From an uncultured delta proteobacterium (lineage in GTDB: Bacteria; Bdellovibrionota; FAC87; UBA2466), in contig CAVZSV010000004.1 of NCBI GenBank assembly GCA_963778115.1, forward strand, positions 1,664,001 to 1,728,000: 64,000 nucleotides of DNA, read 5' to 3'. This document shows, in pieces, positions 60,260-64,000 of this stretch; position 1 is the stretch's first letter, and every line of letters begins with the position of its first letter. The notes under the pieces were generated by a model. That model was not told the origin of the DNA. It was given only the letters and a program-made list of their open reading frames with translations, and did no database searches. Both the position numbers and the translations under genes were made by a program.

Positions 60260-60294
60260 GGGGCATTCGGTATAGACCGAATGCCCCTTTTTTT
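60260..60294 (+). terminator. Rho-independent terminator
   Basis: GGGGCATTCGGT-ATAG-ACCGAATGCCCC-TTTTTTT. Confidence 0.9.
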
Positions 60295-60304
60295 CGGATT
60301 GGTT

Positions 60305-61217
60305 ATGGTCAAAAAATTTTTGCTATTCGGTACCTCTCTTATTATTGCACTTTTTGTCTTTCGTTGGGCAAATGACAAAAATCCCAGTGAAGATTCCACT
60401 CCCGCCGGCAAAGGCTCGTTTGAGAACGCCATACCAGCTTCTAGTGACATCGCTTACCTCCCCAAGGTCCCTGTTCCCACGGGCCGACTGAAAGGGAAAG
60501 CTGAGGCAACCGAAACCACAAAAACCGCGACGGTAAATGAAATCGAAATAGCTAGGACCAAGGTCAGAGAACTCAAACAAGCTTTGGCTCGTGAACCCGA
60601 AAATGCAAAAGTGATGGCCGACCTAGGCGCCACCCTAGCGCAACAACTTCATTCTCCCGATGAGGGGATTCCCCATCTAGAAAAGTCCATTCTACTCAGC
60701 TCTGACGACGGAAAGGCTTTTTATGATTCTAGTGGGAGCCTACATCGAAGCAGGGCGCATCGAGCGAGGGGAATCATTTTTGAATAAGCTTCAGCAAACA
60801 CAGCCCCAGAACATGGCTATGATCGAGTCGGCCCGGGCGGATTTACTCGCCACTTCCGGAAGAGCGGCTGAAGCGATCAAGCATTCCCAGAACGCTCTGA
60901 ACCAGGATCCCACATCGCCCGAGGGTGCCGCCCTTCATGGAGCGCTACTTTATCACAACGGAGATTCTCAAAAAGCCGAACCCCATCTCAAACAAGCCGA
61001 TCAGGGCTTTCAAGAGATGATCCGAACCGACAAGGCGAATGGAAAGTCCACCGAAAGCGCAGAAAAAAAACGAGCAGACAATTTAGTCCTTCTGGCGGAA
61101 ACCATGGTTCGAAATGGAAATCCTGAAGTGGAGAACGTCATCGGTCAGATTCCCGACCTTAAAGATAAGCAATACATTCGCAATCTGCAGTCGCGAATGA
61201 ACGAAAGGGCTGAATAG
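60305..61217 (+). CDS. TPR-repeat protein, frameshifted at about 60727
   Basis: Removing one T joins ...GKAFYD to LVGAYIEAGRIE..., restoring a continuous TPR pattern. Confidence 0.75.
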
Positions 61218-61307
61218 GTGTAGCCCTTTCGATGGGAAACTACCGCGCGGATAACGGAATCCAACCGCCTCCGCAAGACAGATCGAACGCGTGAATTTTT
61301 GCGTGAA

Positions 61308-61550
61308 TTAGAATTTCCGGGGAGCGCTATTTAATTTTTCACGGGAAAGAATAAGGCCATGAGAGATGTCATAGGGAGAGACTCCAAGAGTGACTCGATC
61401 TCCCACAAGCACGCGGATATGAAAGCGACGAAGCCTTCCTGATAGTTTGGCTTTTACCGTGCGACCGTCATTGAGTTTCACCGAGAATTGGCTCGCGGAG
61501 AGCGACTCAGACACCACACCGTCAACTTTGATAAGATCTTCTCGACTCAA
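61308..61550 (-). CDS. infA: Translation initiation factor IF-1
   Basis: DLIKVDGVVSESL...LSGRLRRFHIRVLVGDRV...SPYD...G.I. Confidence 0.93.
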   Translation of the reverse strand: MSREDLIKVDGVVSESLSASQFSVKLNDGRTVKAKLSGRLRRFHIRVLVGDRVTLGVSPYDISHGLILSREKLNSAPRKF

Positions 61551-61617
61551 TTTTTTATCTCCTGGGATCGAAATTCACGGACCCCGGAAGCACCAGGGCC
61601 CATGTCATCTAAAAACT

Positions 61618-61965
61618 TTAGTACGAACTTCGTCGGGAGCCGCTTCCAGAGAAGCGATCGCCGCCGCCGCCGAAACTGCTACGGGAGAATCGGTTCTCTC
61701 CGCCTTCAGAGCGAGAGGCACGCGGTCGGGCTTCGTTCACTGTGAGAGCGCGACCTTCCATTTGATAGCCGTTAAGACTAGAGATAGCTTTTTCAGCCTC
61801 TTCATCAGAACCCATTTCGACGAAACCAAAACCTTTGGACCGTCCGGTCTCTCTATCAGTGATGATTTGACAAGAATCGACCGAACCGTACTGATTAAAC
61901 AGTTCGTTGATTGAGCTTTCCGTTGCCGAAAAAGCGAGATTACCTACGTATAATTTTTTACCCAC
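61618..61965 (-). CDS. RRM-domain RNA-binding protein with Gly/Arg tail
   Basis: KLYVGNL (RNP2), SKGFGFVEM (RNP1), VNEARP. Confidence 0.95.
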   Translation of the reverse strand: MGKKLYVGNLAFSATESSINELFNQYGSVDSCQIITDRETGRSKGFGFVEMGSDEEAEKAISSLNGYQMEGRALTVNEARPRASRSEGGENRFSRSSFGGGGDRFSGSGSRRSSY

Positions 61966-62173
61966 GGTAGACCTCCTTAAAGGTTAGTGGTGCCAAGAGA
62001 GAAAAACGGTGAGCACCCTGCCCAAAGGTCTTCTGATTCGACTGGCGCATCATAGCCCGTTTGAGAGGGAATAGCTCTCAAATTTATCCAGAGGGGAATG
62101 GCTAGCAATCCAGCGCATCATTTGATTTTTGGTGGGATCGCAAGAGGGCGCAAATCAATGGTAAACAAGGAGA

Positions 62174-62752
62174 TTGTGTGCGATCATAGTAAGAGTCCTG
62201 CTTTTTTTCATGCTTGAGGCAGTCAGCATGATCAGGATTTATGAGACTCAGGACGTTTCCGATCACCCCATGACACCCATGAATTATAAACTCACAATCG
62301 ACGTTAACTTGATGGACGAAGGGTCAAAAATTCCAGCAATGGATACCCTCAAGCGCTGGAAGCGAGAAGGCAAGATTGAACTTATAGAAGCCGCCCCTTC
62401 ACAAAACGCCAGCTATGGCTGGCCGGGCTCCACCATCAGAACGAGCCCATCCAGAGATCCAAGGGGACGGACTCGAATGAAGAAGGATCCGCCCGGAAGC
62501 CCTAACTTCAAAACTGTCGCGGGAGTTTTATTTCCCAGCAAAGATTTCTTAAAACTGAACATGGGCGAGATTAATGACGTCGCTCACCTCGTCAAACATT
62601 GCGTAAATAAGAATGAGTTTTTCATCACCGTGAACATGAAAGACTTCATCGAAAGCGGAAGGCGCGAGACTCTCAAGCAGAGTTTGGGAATTATCGCCAT
62701 GACCCCAGATGAAGTGGTCGAAGCGCTAGCAAAAATCGAAGGCTGGAAATAG
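62174..62752 (+). CDS. PIN-like hypothetical protein (true start probably near 62271-62280)
   Basis: IDVN, DVAHL, FITVNMKDF pattern. Confidence 0.55.
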   Translation: MCAIIVRVLLFFMLEAVSMIRIYETQDVSDHPMTPMNYKLTIDVNLMDEGSKIPAMDTLKRWKREGKIELIEAAPSQNASYGWPGSTIRTSPSRDPRGRTRMKKDPPGSPNFKTVAGVLFPSKDFLKLNMGEINDVAHLVKHCVNKNEFFITVNMKDFIESGRRETLKQSLGIIAMTPDEVVEALAKIEGWK

Positions 62753-62794
62753 CGTTTCCGCTCTGCTTAAATTCCAACCCTATTCCCATCCCTA

Positions 62795-63469
62795 TTAATG
62801 AGGCGTCACCGCACTCAAATGAAAACCGGCTGAGGGAGTCGTCGTGCCAGACGCCGTTAGAGGAGTCTCCACCGGAATATTGAGACCTGCGCCAGCCGAC
62901 GATGGCTGCCCTTCTACGGGAACCGAACCTCGCGCTTGTAAAGACTGAGCTTGAATGGCCTGAAATTGTTGTAGGGCCGCTCCCTGTTGCTGTTGCATCT
63001 CGGCGGCTTGAGCTTGTTGGGCGGCTGCATATTGGGCTTGTTGAGCTACGACGGCCTGGGCCTGTTTGGCTACGGCAGCGTTGGCGCTTTCTGCCATGTT
63101 CTCAAGCATCCCTCCTAATTGCGCTTCTGCCTGCGATTTGGCCATGAGTTCGGCAGCTTCTTTTTTGGGATCATTTCCTCCTTTATGATGGTGCCCTTCT
63201 TTTTCACCACCCTTGCCCCCTTGATGCTCCTGACCGCCGTTCAAAAGCTCTTGGGCTCGCTGATAATCTCTTTGGGCTTGTTGAAGCGCTAAAGTCCCGG
63301 CATCGCCTTCAAGTTGAGCCGCGATTCCGGTACCAGCACCTGCCATGGCGAAATTTCCCATTTCGGCCACTGCCTCGGTGAAGTTCGCAAAAGAGAGAAT
63401 GCTATTTCCAATGAAAATAAAAAATGCGGACCGAAACCAAGGGGAGATACGTAAAATTATGTTTCTCAT
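62795..63469 (-). CDS. Secreted Ala/Gln-rich low-complexity protein
   Basis: Signal-like N-terminus, Q/A-rich coiled coil; sigma-54 motif upstream. Confidence 0.65.
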   Translation of the reverse strand: MRNIILRISPWFRSAFFIFIGNSILSFANFTEAVAEMGNFAMAGAGTGIAAQLEGDAGTLALQQAQRDYQRAQELLNGGQEHQGGKGGEKEGHHHKGGNDPKKEAAELMAKSQAEAQLGGMLENMAESANAAVAKQAQAVVAQQAQYAAAQQAQAAEMQQQQGAALQQFQAIQAQSLQARGSVPVEGQPSSAGAGLNIPVETPLTASGTTTPSAGFHLSAVTPH

Positions 63470-63512
63470 GTTGCCCCCGAACTAAAATTGCTAACCCCTG
63501 TTTACTAATGGG

Positions 63513-63528
63513 TGCAAAGCAGATGCCT
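63513..63528 (-). promoter_or_regulatory. Sigma-54-type promoter
   Basis: AGGCATCTGCTTTGCA; 14-nt core identical to that at 57799-57812. Confidence 0.65.
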
Positions 63529-63664
63529 AACCGCCAGCCTCGAAACAGCCGTCAAAATATCGATACCTATGAGAAGTTTCTTTCCACCACAATCAGAGGG
63601 CTTTGCTACTGGTGGAAACTTTTGAAGTTTAAGGTGGCTAGTTCTTGGACGGGGGATGCAATAG

Positions 63665-64000
63665 CTATTTCGGACTTTTTCGTTGCAGTGCTTTCAATAA
63701 CTTTAGCTGGGCGCGATTTTGAATTTGCCTTACTCTTTCATCAGTTATGTTAAGGATCGCGGCAATCTCTTTTCGTGTTTTGGTAACTCCATCTATTCCG
63801 TAGGCCCACTGAAGGATCACTCTCTCCCTATCGTCCAGGGTATCTAAGACGACAATGAGACGCTCTATCGCTTCCCGCCTATCCATCTCCATGTCGACCG
63901 GTGTCTCTTCGACGCCATCGTCGTAAATCTCTACATCTTCAACCCCCTCTTCGTGCTCCTTTTGCTTGTAGTAACGACGCCGTTTGCGCTGCATCTCCTG
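63665..64000 (-). CDS. Sigma-70-family factor, C-terminal region 4 (partial)
   Basis: LDDRERVILQWAYGI...TRKEIAAILNITDERVRQIQNRA..KL. Confidence 0.85.
   Translation of the reverse strand, partial: QEMQRKRRRYYKQKEHEEGVEDVEIYDDGVEETPVDMEMDRREAIERLIVVLDTLDDRERVILQWAYGIDGVTKTRKEIAAILNITDERVRQIQNRAQLKLLKALQRKSPK

Noticed and set aside
55..63753. Numerous 60-150 aa ORFs antisense to or nested in clear genes (e.g. 2397..2783, 15858..16448, 54066..54488, 61447..61914)
   Set aside because: Shadow frames of well-supported genes, with no RBS or motifs.

Overview
Bacterial chromosomal window, probably from a Bdellovibrionota/Oligoflexia-like organism (inferred from a TIGR04552/TIGR04562-like gene, many secreted orphan proteins and sigma-54-type promoters). 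It has four parts. (1) 1-3900: a GYF_2-type membrane protein, a RelA/SpoT-like nucleotidyltransferase, and two tRNA-Ser genes (TGA, GCT) flanking an RCC1-repeat lipoprotein. (2) 3900-about 12700: an accessory array downstream of tRNA-Ser(GCT). Blocks of about 2 kb of cargo (four-helix-bundle protein, a JAB-like protein split by one TGA, a hydrolase plus HigBA-like toxin-antitoxin, Fic, DUF4238) are separated by four copies of a non-coding element. Each element carries a degenerate copy of the tRNA-Ser 3' end, and the three full copies have conserved arms with paired CGGGAC motifs. No integrase is visible, so this looks like an att-delimited cassette array and is the strongest candidate for an undescribed system. 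(3) 12700-26400: mixed accessory and metabolic genes. (4) 26600-55650: a 29-kb Wzc/Wza-type polysaccharide locus with nonulosonic-acid genes, a TPP-dependent E1 alpha/beta pair and many tailoring enzymes, arranged in repeatedly alternating orientation. Secreted enzymes, infA, an RRM protein and a partial sigma factor follow. Several genes have single-base frameshifts that may be sequencing errors.
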